This document shows positions 39,361 to 51,575 of a stretch of 64,000 nucleotides of DNA, one piece after another. The translations under genes and the position numbers were made by a program. Position 1 is the stretch's first letter; every line of letters starts with the position of its first letter. This stretch comes from Octopus bimaculoides (Eukaryota), in NCBI RefSeq assembly GCF_001194135.2, contig NC_068996.1, positions 39,120,030 through 39,184,029 of the forward strand, read 5' to 3'. The notes under the pieces are model-generated. The model saw only the letters and a program-made list of their open reading frames with translations, did not search any database and had not been told where the DNA came from.

Positions 39361-40504
39361 TATGTATATATATGTGTTGTTTGGAAGTAAAACACTCCTA
39401 TTGGTTGTTTCCTAATGGCCTGTGCCACAATATAAGTGGACATACACAGAGAGCCCTAAGAGAGTAAATCCGAGAGTTGCGTATTGGCGAAGGTTTTTAC
39501 CTGTATCTTGAATAGACAGATTTGCAGGAACATTATTATCCCATTATATTGTACATCAAACATGCGATACAACAATATGTATGTATGTATGTATATATAT
39601 ANNNNNNNNNNNNNNNNNNNNNNNNNNNNNNNNNNNNNNNNNNNNNNNNNNNNNNNNNNNNNNNNNNNNNNNNNNNNNNNNNNNNNNNNNNNNNNNNNNN
39701 NTATATATCTATATATAATATATATGTGTATATATATGTATATATTCATATATATGTGTTTGTATATGTATGTATACATACACACACACACATATATATG
39801 CATGTGATCGTGTGCGTGTGTGTACGGGCGCACACGCGGATGCGTGCATGTAGGTAATAGCGTTCTTTTTGCTAAAACTTTAAAAATTTTGTTCGGTTTT
39901 TGTAAATGTTAAATTTTTTCGCCATGAACGGTTTGTTTTTAAACCAAATGTATTTTTCATGATGTTATATTTCTTCCTGAAGATGTGTAAATAAATTTTG
40001 ATTTATTAAGTCTCTTAATGAATTCTTTATACTGAAATATATATTGAAGAAGATAAATATGTTCATTTGAATATATATGTTTTTGCGTCGTAACTCATTT
40101 ATTATTATTTATATTTATATATATATACATATATATATATAGATTGTTACGTAATTTATTTCTCTAACTACAGTTATCATATTCGGTTAAAATGTCTTAT
40201 GGTTAAGCTGGTTCCCATGCATTTCCCTTAAGAGAAGATTACATTCTTATCAACATCACCTATTTCTATGGAAGGTATAATTTGTAATCTTCGAAACATA
40301 TGTTGGAAATAAAAGTATTCAGTTAACATATGCGTTTTACTCCATTTACTAAATCTATATATATATATATACACACATACATATATGCATGTATATATAT
40401 ATTAGAGGTAATACTTGATAATTGCAAGCACCTGTATATGCCAGATAGTGGCTGGATTGAATGAATAAATTAAAACGTAAAAATAAAAACAGAACACAAA
40501 GGAT

Positions 40505-40601
40505 TCCGCGGTACACATGTTTCAAGCTTTATACTCGTTGCATAATTATATTGGTATATAATTGATAGACAGGATGGTATAAAGCTATCTTCAGTCGCAA
40601 A
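40505..40601 (-). ncRNA. Type I hammerhead ribozyme motif, inverted copy
   Basis: The reverse complement reads uuugcga CUGAAGA u AGCUUUAUA...UAUAAAGCU u GAAA C AUGU GUA ccgcgga. The core is intact, with one A.C mismatch at the base of stem I. Confidence 0.72.
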
Positions 40602-40722
40602 TATATTCTTTCCCAAGTATTATATCACAAAGAAGAAGTCACCAAGAAAAAAGTAAGAGAGAAACATGAGAGATAAAAAGTGGGACTTCTTCTTTATGAT
40701 ATAATACTTGGGAAAGAATATA

Positions 40723-40819
40723 TTTGCGGCTGAAGATAGCTTTATACCATCCTCTCTATCAATTATATACCACTATAATGATGCAACGACTATAAAGCTT
40801 GAAACACGTGTACCGCGGA
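40723..40819 (+). ncRNA. Type I hammerhead ribozyme motif (Penelope-like/retrozyme type)
   Basis: Stem I UUUGCGG/CCGCGGA; core CUGAAGA 40730-40736; stem II AGCUUUAUA/UAUAAAGCU (9 perfect bp, 40738-40746/40791-40799); GAAA 40801-40804; stem III A-C/G-U around an ACGU loop (palindrome ACACGUGU); GUA cleavage triplet 40810-40812. Confidence 0.8.
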
Positions 40820-41061
40820 ATCCTTTGTGTTCTGTTTTAATTTTTACGTTTTTAATTTATGTATATATATATATATATAATAATACAAAGAATATATATG
40901 CATGTATACACACATATATGTACATACTTACATCTACATGTGTATATAGATGCATATCAGGGTATAGGAAGTTAGAACAATGAACTACAGACCACGGAAC
41001 AAACACGTAGGAAAACAGATAGCCACTTGGAATTAATCCTTCGTCAGCTGCCTCTATTCTA

Positions 41062-41119
41062 ACTAGACGTTTCGAAGATCAGGCAGAACGTACTCTAGAA
41101 TAGTCTCTTCCTGAGTAGT
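41062..41119 (-). ncRNA. Degenerate minimal hammerhead motif from a different family (core CUCAGGA, G5 to C)
   Basis: The reverse complement reads ACUA CUCAGGA agag...ucuuc GAAA C GUC UAGU: a 4-bp stem I, a loopless palindromic stem III (ACGU) and a GUC site. A second half-core CUGACGA follows at 41047-41041. Confidence 0.45.
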
Positions 41120-41770
41120 GGATCGACCCACTAAACAGAGGATTCCAAGGTGGCAAACACAAACCAAGACAGGAAAAATTGGACAGTGAAAACAACATTA
41201 AAAAGCTGTACGGCCAAACACGAATCTGATGTTGAACGCTAACAGTTCGTCTCGCCTTCATAGTGGCTGGAGTGAAAAGAGAGTTGACCACAGGTCACAC
41301 GTGAGCAGAGAGGGAGGAAGTGGAACAAGGAGGAAGAGAGAGATGTGTATAGCAGGACAACAGAAGGAAGCAGAGCGAGAGGGGGAGATGGGTAAGAAGA
41401 AAGATAGACAGATAGGTAACACAAGAAAAGCTTTCGCGCAGGTCTGTGTGTGTAATGCTAGCACGTGTATGTGCGTGTGTGTGGGGTTATGGCTGTTTAT
41501 GTATGTGTGCGGTTGGACTAGTGTCAAGGTCGTAGGAAGAATTTATAGTAAGAATTTTGGTAGGAGTGGCTGTCTGTTGTGTGTCTCCCTACACATCTGC
41601 GTAGGAGAATGGTCAGCAGAAAGGTATTTAACAGGTAGTATGAAGTATGTGTGCGTGTATGTATATATTGTGTGTGTCCATGTATGTATAATTGTATGAG
41701 TGTATATGGGAGATACGTGTGGGTTCATTTGCGTGTGTATATATATATATGTGCTTATATATATGTATTG

Positions 41771-42120
41771 TAGGTGCAGGAGTGGCTGTGTGGTAAGTGG
41801 CTTGCTTACCAACCACGTGGTTCTGGGTTCAGTCCCACTGTGTCTTCTACTATAGCCTTGGGCCGACCAAAGCCTTGTGAGTGGATTTGGTAGACGGAAA
41901 CTGAAAGAAGCCCGTCGTATTCATGTTTGTGCGTGTTTGTCCCCCACCATCGCTTGACAACCGATGCTGGTGTGTTTACGTCCCCGTAATATAGCGGTTC
42001 GGCAAAAAGAGACCGATAGAATAAGTACTAGGCTTACAAAATATAACTCCTGGGTCGATTTGCTCGACTAAAGGCGGTGCTCCAGCATGGCCGCAGTCAA
42101 ATAACTGAAGCAAGTAAAAG
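41771..42120 (+). mobile_element. tRNA-derived SINE, family A (near full-length reference copy)
   Basis: Head ggagtggctgtgtggtaag with B-box-like ggttcagtccc; body to ggaaactgaaagaagccc; internal TG tract; 3' part cttgacaaccgatgctggtgtgtttacgtcccc...ctccagcatggccgcagtc..tgaa.caagtaaaag. Most abundant repeat in the window. Confidence 0.85.
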
Positions 42121-45100
42121 AATAGTATGTATATATTTATGTATATATGTATGTAGGTATATATGTGTATATATATATGTTTATATGTATGTTGTATATA
42201 CGTCTATATGTATGCACATGCGTATATGTATTTATATACGTATGTAAATGTACATATTTATAAATTATATATACATGTATGTATATGTATATATATGTGT
42301 GTATGTTTATGTAAATATATGTATGTATATGTTTGTAAGTATGTGTATATATATAACGTGCGTGTGTGTCAAGTTGTTGGAGATTGATTAGTGATGGTGC
42401 CCAATTGTTTCACAATACCAAGTGAGAATGTGAAAAAAAGAACAAAAAAACACCTAATAGTCCCTTTTCTTCCCTCAATGCCTGCCCTGCTTTTGGATTT
42501 CACTTGCCAATAACGATGTCTTTTCTATTTTTGTGAAACTTGTATTTTGATTTAATTTTGCATGCATTTACTCAGCTCTGCAAATTAAGTAATCTTTACA
42601 TTTCTTTCTTAGAAAATCATTCAAGGCTTAGAGAGACAACACTTGGTAATTGAACCATTACGACAGGTCGTGACCGTGCGCTAATTAACTCCCTTTATGC
42701 CCTCTGATCAACTTGTGTTGAGATCGATACTACCTTTCATCTTTCCAAGTCAATAAAATAAATACTTGTCTTGAGGGTCTGGCGTTGCAAGCTTTTGTCT
42801 TTGCTATTAACAGCAATAAATTAGTGTATTACTATTTTTAATTAACATTTTTCACTATTTAGTTGATATAGATTCTGGTAAGTTTTTAAAATTTCGAAGT
42901 TGTCGCCCTTATCTCTCTTGAATCAAAGATTGCTTCTTTCTCTTCACCATGAATTAAATTTTGAATAATAAAAATTTCTTGTCTCATACTAATTATTTTA
43001 CCACCAGCGTTACGATTTAGTTTGCTTGGAGAGTGTGTTCTGGGGTATTTTCTCTTACTCCTTGTTAATCTATTCGAATATTTTTCAATTTTAAAAGAGT
43101 TCCTTTACATTATAAGAAATAAAACAAAACAGGTGTTTTATTTTTGTAACTTATAAACCTGTTTAAAAGAAATAATATAGTATAAAAATAGCGTAACAAA
43201 TGTAGCAAATCCCTATATACTTAGTCTTTTCTCTGCGAACAAAGACAGCTTTTAATGGAGATATAACTTATTGTTCAACAAGTCCAAACCAGTTTCATAA
43301 AACTTTGTAGCCAAATCCCTCGAATGTGCTTTAAAAAATCCTAGGTTGTGCAATTCCTGATCCCTCTAGTATAAAACATCACCAAAACTATCAGGAGGAT
43401 AAAGTTTCCTTTTAACGTACAACGAAATGAGTTTTGATATTCTCTGTAATTTAATATTTTAAATATGTAATTTTTGTTTTGCTTTCAAACATGTAAGTAG
43501 TTGTCTCCCTTAAATTAAAAATGATAAAAGTATTTTTAATTTTACTGATTAACTTTAAATTTGAACCTGAAAAATGAAATTAGATTATATTTTGTGGTCA
43601 ATTTTATCTTCCACATTTTGTAAATTTTGGACAGAACATATCCTTATTTATTGTATTATATTATGAGTTTATTTTATATTTCATTGAAATATTAACAAAT
43701 AATTTATATGCTGAAGTTTATTGATCAATATAATTTTAAACAATTTTTTTTGTTTGTTTTCAGGTAACAACGGGTACTTCAAAAATTATGCTGCAGACTG
43801 CCCCATGCCCCCTGTTTAAAAAAATTCTTGTGTTTTTATATGCCAAATATAACGGATGCCACCTATTTGGAGTACCAGTTTATCAGGAGTAATAAAATGG
43901 AATCTTTTATTGATAAATTTGTCAATATTCTAATTTCAAATAATGGAATTAATTATTGGCATATTTTCGTTTGAGATTTCTATTTCCTTTTTTAAGGAGT
44001 TGGGAACGCCTGAACATTACCGTCCGGGCGACTATATCCTTTGAAATGAATACTAATCAGAAAATTCTTTTATTTTAGCTTTAAAAAAAAAAAGTAAAAA
44101 AAAAAATTACAAAAAAAAAAATACAGCAAAACAAATATGCATACACACAATAATTCTGACAAAATTCTCTTTCAGGAATTTTCTTTTTCAGGATTTAATT
44201 TAAAAATTGTCTTGGATGAGGTATAACATTATTTTTGTCTCTTTACAGATATGTGTTTTCACATATTCATTCAAATTAGTTTTCACGTGTTTTTCTGAAG
44301 AAATCATGGGTGGGTTCCAGAATTTGGAAATCAGAACCAGATAACAATAGAAGCGTATGGTATCAGGGAGTATATTCTGATTATTATTATTATTTTAGTT
44401 AATAACTATATAAACATATTATTAAAGTTCACTTCTTCAACATATATTTAATTTAAATAGCTATTTCAAATGCTATTTTCATTACAAATTTGGTAAATAC
44501 AATCAGTATCTTTACTAAATTAGAATAAGGAAAACATTTCTTTTTCTTTTCTTTTTTTTTTTTTTTTTAATGTGGTGGTCAATTTCTAAAGTTCTCTCTG
44601 TATACTTTCAGAAGACTGAAACAAGTCGATTGAAAATGTGATGCTGTGCAGTGTGAAACATTTAGATGAGACTGGAAAGAAATTATTCTTAGTTATTAGA
44701 GGAAGAAGGAAAGGATTGCAGATTAAGATTTAGATTAGAATAATTTACAATTAGTTTACGAAAAACATAGCTGCTCTATGTAAGAGTTAAAAAGTAATAG
44801 TTTATCTCTTTACCACTTAAGTTGCAATTTGTTGCTATATTTTCATTTAAGTAGACCAGTCTGTGTGAAAAGATACTTGTTGTTTAGTTATAGTATAAAT
44901 ATAATGTTATTAAATAGTATTCCTTTTGATTCATAGATACAACAGATTTCATAGTTATAGGTCCCTATAGAAAAGTAGTATTTATTGTTAAATAATCTAT
45001 AATGTTTAAGAGAGTATTATATATACTTTCACCTGTCTTAAGAATTACTATGGCAGAATCATATACCATAATAGATCAATTGTTAGAACAATATTAGCAG

Positions 45101-45414
45101 ATGTGCCTAAACATCTTGTTTAGCATCTTATGTGGACAATTCTTGACTTGAAGAATAGGAAATGTTAGGCTTTCTTAGATAATTCTCTTTGTCTTGCTTG
45201 TATATTTATTTATTGAAATTTGTGAACAGCTGTGTCATTGAATTCAGGCTTCCAATGAGCCAAACAATAGTTCACTGTATGGCAAGAGTGTCAAGTGAGC
45301 ATCTGTGCAGCTTGGCAGAACAAATACCACAAGGTGTTTTTTTGTATGAAATTTAATGGTTTATCTGTTTTCTTGCCAATGTCCACATGAGTTGCAGGCA
45401 TATAAGCATAAATT

Positions 45415-45805
45415 TATATGTATAAACATATATACATACATGCATACACATACAGTACACACATATCTACATATATATATATATATATACACAAATACAT
45501 GCTTACACATATCTACATATATATATACAAATACATGCTTACACATATATACATACACGCATACATGTACAGTACACACATATCTACATATATACACATA
45601 TACATGCATACATATATATACATACATGCATACATGTACAGTACACACATATCTACATATGTACACATATACATGCATACATGTACAGTACACACATCTA
45701 CATATGTACACATATACATGCATATACACATGCATGCACACATATATACACATGCAAAAACACACGTACATGTATACCCATACGTTCATACATACATACA
45801 TATAT
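45415..45805 (+). repeat. Compound (TA/CA) low-complexity expansion next to a SINE A 3' part
   Basis: Recurrent tacatgtacagtacacacatatctacatat units; source of the spurious H/T/Y/I/M ORFs. Confidence 0.85.
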
Positions 45806-46054
45806 ATCCCACATCATTGCTTGATAACCAATGTTGGTGTGTTTATGTTCCCGTGACTTAGCGGTTCGGCAAAGGGCCCGATAAAATAAGTACTAGGCTT
45901 ACAAAGAATAAGGCCTGGGGGTCGAGTTACTCGACTAAAAAAAAACCCTTTAAGGCAGTGCTCCAGCATGGCAGCAGTCAGATGACTGAAACAAGTAAAA
46001 GAATGAATATATATATATTACTTATTTGCTATATATATATGTATATATATACTC

Positions 46055-46208
46055 CAGTAGCATAGCTAGAATGTGTGCCACCCTGGGGCGGCCCTTTAAC
46101 TTGCCGGCCCAGTCCCCCCCCACAAAAAGTACATATTGCTTACTGCAAACCCAAAAGTGGTGCCACCTGGGGTAAACAGCCCCTCTGTCCTATCTAGCTA
46201 CGTCAGTG
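46055..46208. mobile_element. Small hAT-like MITE
   Basis: Terminal inverted repeats cagtagcatagctaga / tctagctacgtcagtg around a GC-rich interior; no clean TSD. Confidence 0.5.
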
Positions 46209-47969
46209 ATATTCCACATAATTGTTACATATTCATACATGTACACTTCAGCAGATTTGGTTTCCACTGACTAAATTTGGCTCTCAAGGCATTGGCCAGT
46301 TCAATGTTATGATAGAATGCACTTGCCCAAGGTGTTGTATTGTGATGCATATCATTGAGCTTCTTTACTCAACAACCATGTCTGTGTTTATACCCATCTT
46401 GTAACATAGTAACTTTATGTACTACATTAAGTAGGTTTGGATTATTAAAGTTACAATGTTACATCTAAATTCATTTTGAATTAAAATTGAATAACAACAA
46501 CAAAAAAAGTATATCATTGAAATATTTTAATGTTATACTTTTTTTCCTTTCCATCTTTGTTATTTCATCATGTCATTCTGAGCAACCTCCATTAAAAGCC
46601 GGTTTTCCTTTCCTTTCCTCATCAAACCAATCCTATCTTTTTGAGTTTCATTTTTTCCACATCTCTTTAATACTGTTAATATTGGAGTTGGCAGAATCGT
46701 TAAAGAGTTGGACGAAATGCTTTGTGGTGTTTTATGTTAAGGCTCTTTACATTCTGAGTTCATATCCTATTGAGGTCGACATTTTCTTTCATTCTTCAGG
46801 TTTCAGTAAAAATATGTACCAATCAAGTATTGAGATCAGTTTATAATCAGCTCTACTCTCCCTTGAGATTTCTGGTCTTGTCACAGCAAAATCCTATATT
46901 TCACAACATACTGCCAGAAATACTTCGTTTTGAGATTCTAGAAAATTAAATGAAAAAGAAAATGATTTATTTTTCTTCTATACACTCAAGTTATACATAA
47001 TCTTTTGCACAGAGATATTAAGATGACCTGTTTGCTGTATTCTAACATTGTTGCAATTAATTTTCACCTGACTAGAGAACACATTCTGTGAATTTGACAA
47101 TTCTGATGTAGAATTTTTTTCTTCTTAACCAAAGTCTGAATACAACCGAAAACGTACCGAAAAGTTCATTTGAAAATCAAGAATTTTTGTGAAATACAAA
47201 GCTTTTTTTTTTTTTTTTTTTAAACATTATAATTAACAATGTTTTTATTTTTGGAGGGGGTAAAAAAAAGGCCTTTTTTTAAAAAAAAATATTTGAAATA
47301 TTTTTTATTGTTGGATTGTATATTTTTATTACTTTCCCTTTTTTTTATGGTCAGGATACATTTTTTACTGGTGTACTTCAAATTATTATTATGTCCTGTT
47401 TAGTATTTAATTAAATGCGCATTTAATTATTTTTATTTTATTTTTTGAAAAAATATTATTAACATTGTATTATTTATTTATTTATTCTATTCTATTTTGT
47501 ATTGAACTTTTTTTCTTGAAATGCAACATTTTTCGGTTTATCATCAAATTATTATCTACATTATTTCTGACAAAAAAAAAAAACATTGTCGGAGTTTTTG
47601 AATGTTTGAGACATTACAAAATATAGCTGTGGGGAAAAAAGAAAAAAAAACAATCATCATTTCATCATATCATGAAAATGTAAATATCTTGCATAATTCT
47701 CTCATTTTTATAGTAAATTTGGATCTCATGCTTCTTAAATTCTGGCAGTATAATTTTCTCATACTGAATTGCTAAACTATTGTAGAAGAAGCATTATTTT
47801 TTTGTTTCCCATCCTTAATTTAAAATTTTAACTCTTTTATTATGATCATTTTTGGAGAGTTCTATTTGAAATCATTTATATGTAACATTCTCTTGATTTT
47901 TCTTTATGGTAATTTGTTTAAAATATTTTTTTCCACTAATATTGAAATAATATTATTGTTCATTACTTT

Positions 47970-49950
47970 TACCATTTGGGAATGTTCCTTGGCACTATAT
48001 ATTTTGCTATTTAGGAATGTCCCTTGGTGCTATTTCCCTTCTCATTTGGCGTCCTTTGATACTGCTTCTCTTGCCATATATATGTCCTCTGGGGCTATCT
48101 TTTTCTTCCATTTAGAGATATCTTGACAGAGAAACCCTAGTGCTATAAATATATTTCTTGCTAAAAGATGCTGCTTGGCCAGTTCCCTGGCTATACACAT
48201 ATTTCTCTTGCCATTTGGGGATGTCTCCTGGCACTCTTTATTTCTCTTGCCATTTGGGGCTACCTGTCCCCTGGTGCTAAAAAAAAATATTAAACCTATT
48301 TCTCTTGCCATTTGGGTATAATCCCTGGTACTACTTATTTCTTTCATTCATATCTGTTTCTTCTCACTTTTCCTTCAGCTTGCCATTTTGTAACATCTGT
48401 TTCCTGGCACTATATTTGTGTGTGTATGTGTATTATACTTCTATCTATATCTGCTTCTTGTGCCATATGGGCATGACCCTCGACACTGTTCATTTCTGTT
48501 GTCTGTATTTCTCTTGCTACTTGGGTACATTTATACCCTTGTGCTAATTATTTTTGTCCTTATTTGCATCTACTTTTCCTGCCATGGGGGTATAACCCCT
48601 GCAACTACTTACTTCTCTTGCCATATGGGGTTGTCCCCTGGCACTCACCCTTGCCATATGGGAATATCAGTTCCCTGGCCCTTTTTATTTTCTCTTACCT
48701 CTATTAACCTTACCATACGAAAATATCTAACCCCTGGCATTATTTTATTTCTCTGATGTCTATCTATCGATATTGCTATATAGGGATATCTGTCCCTTGA
48801 TGCTATATATTTCTCTTACCTCTATTTAACTGCCATTTGGAGATGTCTTAAATGCTATTTTATTCTTCTCATTTCTACCTTGCCATTTGGGACTAAGTTC
48901 CCTGGCATTATATATTTTTCTTATTCTATCTATTTGATTTGCCATTTGGGAGATAGCTGTCCCCTGGCATTATATATTTCTCTTCCTTCTATCTATTTGT
49001 CTAAGGATGTCCATCTCCTGGCACTATATAGTTTCTCTTACTTCGATTATTCTTGCTGTGTGAGGCTATCTTCCTAAGTGCTATTATATTTTTCTTACCT
49101 CTATTTCCTTGTCTTGCTACTTGGGGATATCTGTCCTCTGGTGCTATATATTTCTCTCAACCACTATCTATTTGTCTTACATTTCGGGATATCCTTCCCT
49201 AGATACTATCTTATTTCTGTTGCTATATGGAGATGTCCCCTGGCTTTCTTGCTTATATCTATTTTTTTCTTGTTGATGATCTACTTCCTCTTGTATCTTT
49301 TATGTTTTGTGACACTATTTAAATTCCTCTTGCCACACACATATAGTAAAATATGTTTTTTATTTTACTATATATAATAAAATATTCTCTCATAGTGTTT
49401 TAAAACCCACCTTGGGATTTATTATCAGGCCATATACCCAGATTTTGATTCAATTGCCATTTTTTCTTGGTAACATTTGAAGTCATTCCCTGGTAATATT
49501 TCCCATTGGGGATATTCCTAGCACAATACCCTTCTCATATTTTGTTCTATTACCGGTGGAGGTTGCCTCATTGTTTTTGTATTGCCATTTGGGGATATCT
49601 CCCCTGGCAGTGTTTCTGTTATTTTGATGATGGTATTTATATTGCCATTTGGGAATATTCCCTGGCAATCTTTTTAGTTATGCCATTTGGGGATATCCCT
49701 GGCAAAATTACCCATGGCTGCCTTATTGTCTTTTGGTAATGTACCCTAATCGTTTTTCTTTTGCCAAATATGGATGTTCTGATGCAGCACTGTATTTTTG
49801 TTGTTGCCATTTGGGGTATTCCCCTGGTACTTTTATTGATACTATTTTTCTCAATCATCCTATTTTTGCTTTCGGGATGTTCCCTCATACATCCTGTTTC
49901 TGTTTCAAGCTCTTCTGTTGCTATTTGGAGTTTGTCTCCTGGCAAATGTA
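47970..49950 (+). repeat. Degenerate tandem array of ~30 co-oriented bulged-hairpin units, consensus TGCCA-T(T/A)T-GGG(G/A)A-loop-T(C/T)CCC-TGGCA, with pyrimidine-rich 15-60 nt spacers
   Basis: Units read directly at 48209-48233, 48619-48643, 48881-48907, 49583-49609, 49643-49667, 49681-49704, 49805-49829 and 49919-49944, plus many weaker copies. Confidence 0.9.
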
Positions 49951-51363
49951 ACTGCTTGTTTGCTTAGAAATGTTATTTATCAGAGATCTTTTGCTATCAC
50001 TTTGCTTTCTGCTGCTATGTAAAAAAATATCTTAGGATCCATTATCATTCCTGAAATTTCCTTCCTGTTTTGTTCTCTGCTAAATACATTTTGAAACCTG
50101 AAATAGATTTCACGTTTTAATAACCTTTCCCTCTATGCTGCTTGATTTTCATGGCTCAAAAGTTATATCTGGTCATAACCTTCTTTACCATAGTTTCTGT
50201 CAGGAATCTATATCTTATCACCAGTTCTTTTTTGTGTGTTAGCTGTTGGAGACTAATTCCATTGATGTCTCTGGTTTTGCAGCTGTGTCCTTCAGTTCCT
50301 TAAAAAGTTTCCTTTTCTGTTTTTGCTTTACATGAATGTTCTTGTAGCATCAAAGATTCCTTGTGGTTTTGCTGATTCTTCCCTTACATATTTATGCGTT
50401 GACAATTCCATGTCATTTTTCTACTAATATTATTGAAAAGTAGTTCCTCTCACCACCATTTCCATTATGCCATTTTGGAGTATTTGTTTCTCTTGTCTTT
50501 CAATTGCTAGTGACACTGATATTCTTTGATTATGGCAGTTCACACACACATACCATGATGGAACTTGAATCCCCCCTTTGAAACATCAAACTTACAAATC
50601 TCTCTAAACAAAATCACCCATAGTGTTTTAGTTTTCAAGATGGAGATTTTTGGTGTTTTTCATCAATCTCCTTTGATATTACAATTTAGCCGCGACTTCC
50701 GCAAACTAAAATTATCAGACTTATTGGAAATCATTTTCGAAGATTCTTTGTCATATTCCCTGCTCCATTTTCTGCGGAAAATTTTCATTCCATAGATTCA
50801 ATCATCAAACAGAAGCATAATTTTCTTCGAAGCATCGGAGATTCACTCAATCTCCTTTCTTATGAAAAGAATTAAATGAAAAATAAAAACATTCATCATA
50901 AAACTTCGTTTTACTTTCTTTTTGTGTTTACATTGTTATTTTCATTTTTTTCTTTCAGAATTCATTTTAATAGGTTCTCTAGCATTTGATTCAAAATTAG
51001 GAAGTAAAAAAAAAAACAAACAAAAAAACGCATTTCTGACAGTATTTCTTTTTGTACAGATAATTCCAAACGACCATTTGCTGAAAGTTATTTTATTCTT
51101 CATTATGGCATGGGTTAGAAAAGAGGATGTCTATTTTTAAGTAATACCTATTTTCAGCTTTTTAGACAAATCCAGGAAACAGAAAGCATTATGTAAATGC
51201 AGATAAGTTGAAATCATAGCTTATTTCATTAGTTAACCGCATAACAAACAGTTGAATCAGGGTATGCCATTAACTTATTGCTGTTTGGAGATCAAATGGT
51301 AAGGTTACTTCTGAGGTTAAAAGAATTAGTTCTTTGTATTTTTTTTATTATTATTATCATATA

Positions 51364-51575
51364 AGGTAGTGAGCTGGTAGAATTGTTAGCATGCTGGATG
51401 AAGTGCTTAGTGATATTTTGCTGGTCGCTATGTTCTGAGTTCAAATTCTGCCTAGATCAGCTTTGCCTTTCATCCTTCCAGGGTCGATAAATTAAGTAGC
51501 AGTGAAGTATTGGGGTCCATGAAATTGACTTACACTCTCCCCCAAAATTGCTGCCTTTGTGGCAAAATTTGAAAA
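51364..51575 (+). mobile_element. tRNA-derived SINE, family D (other copies ~17115-17330 -, ~28705-28880 -, ~30060-30240 -, ~46686-46850 +, ~52232-52400 +)
   Basis: gagctggcagaat..ttagc head, B-box-like gagttcaaattc, body ctttgcctttcatcctt..gggtcgataaa.taagtaccag. Confidence 0.75.

Larger units (their letters stand above)
40465..40860. repeat. Long inverted repeat (~175-bp arms, ~43-bp spacer) carrying the two hammerheads; probable inverted Penelope-like pseudo-LTR
   Basis: Arms 40465-40640 and 40684-40860 are near-identical reverse complements, e.g. ggattccgcggtacacatgtttcaagctttata / tataaagcttgaaacacgtgtaccgcggaatcc. Confidence 0.9.

Noticed and set aside
45356-45861. Long H/T/Y/I/M- and C/V-rich ORFs (also 33855-34845, 38851-39265, 42163-42387)
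   Set aside because: Translations of TA/CA microsatellites or of N gaps.
48042-48347. Minus-strand ORF with repeated PN-GKR motifs resembling an amidated neuropeptide precursor
   Set aside because: GKR arises from the reverse complement of the array motif tctcttgcca. Unit lengths are not multiples of three, frames close repeatedly and there is no signal peptide. It should still be checked against transcriptomes as an alternative explanation of the array.
47970-49950. CRISPR array
   Set aside because: Eukaryotic context, no cas genes, repeats too degenerate, spacer lengths irregular and many spacers similar to each other.
50565-50900. Coding exon in the CpG-containing patch
   Set aside because: Frames on both strands are short and show no recognisable motif or convincing splice pair.
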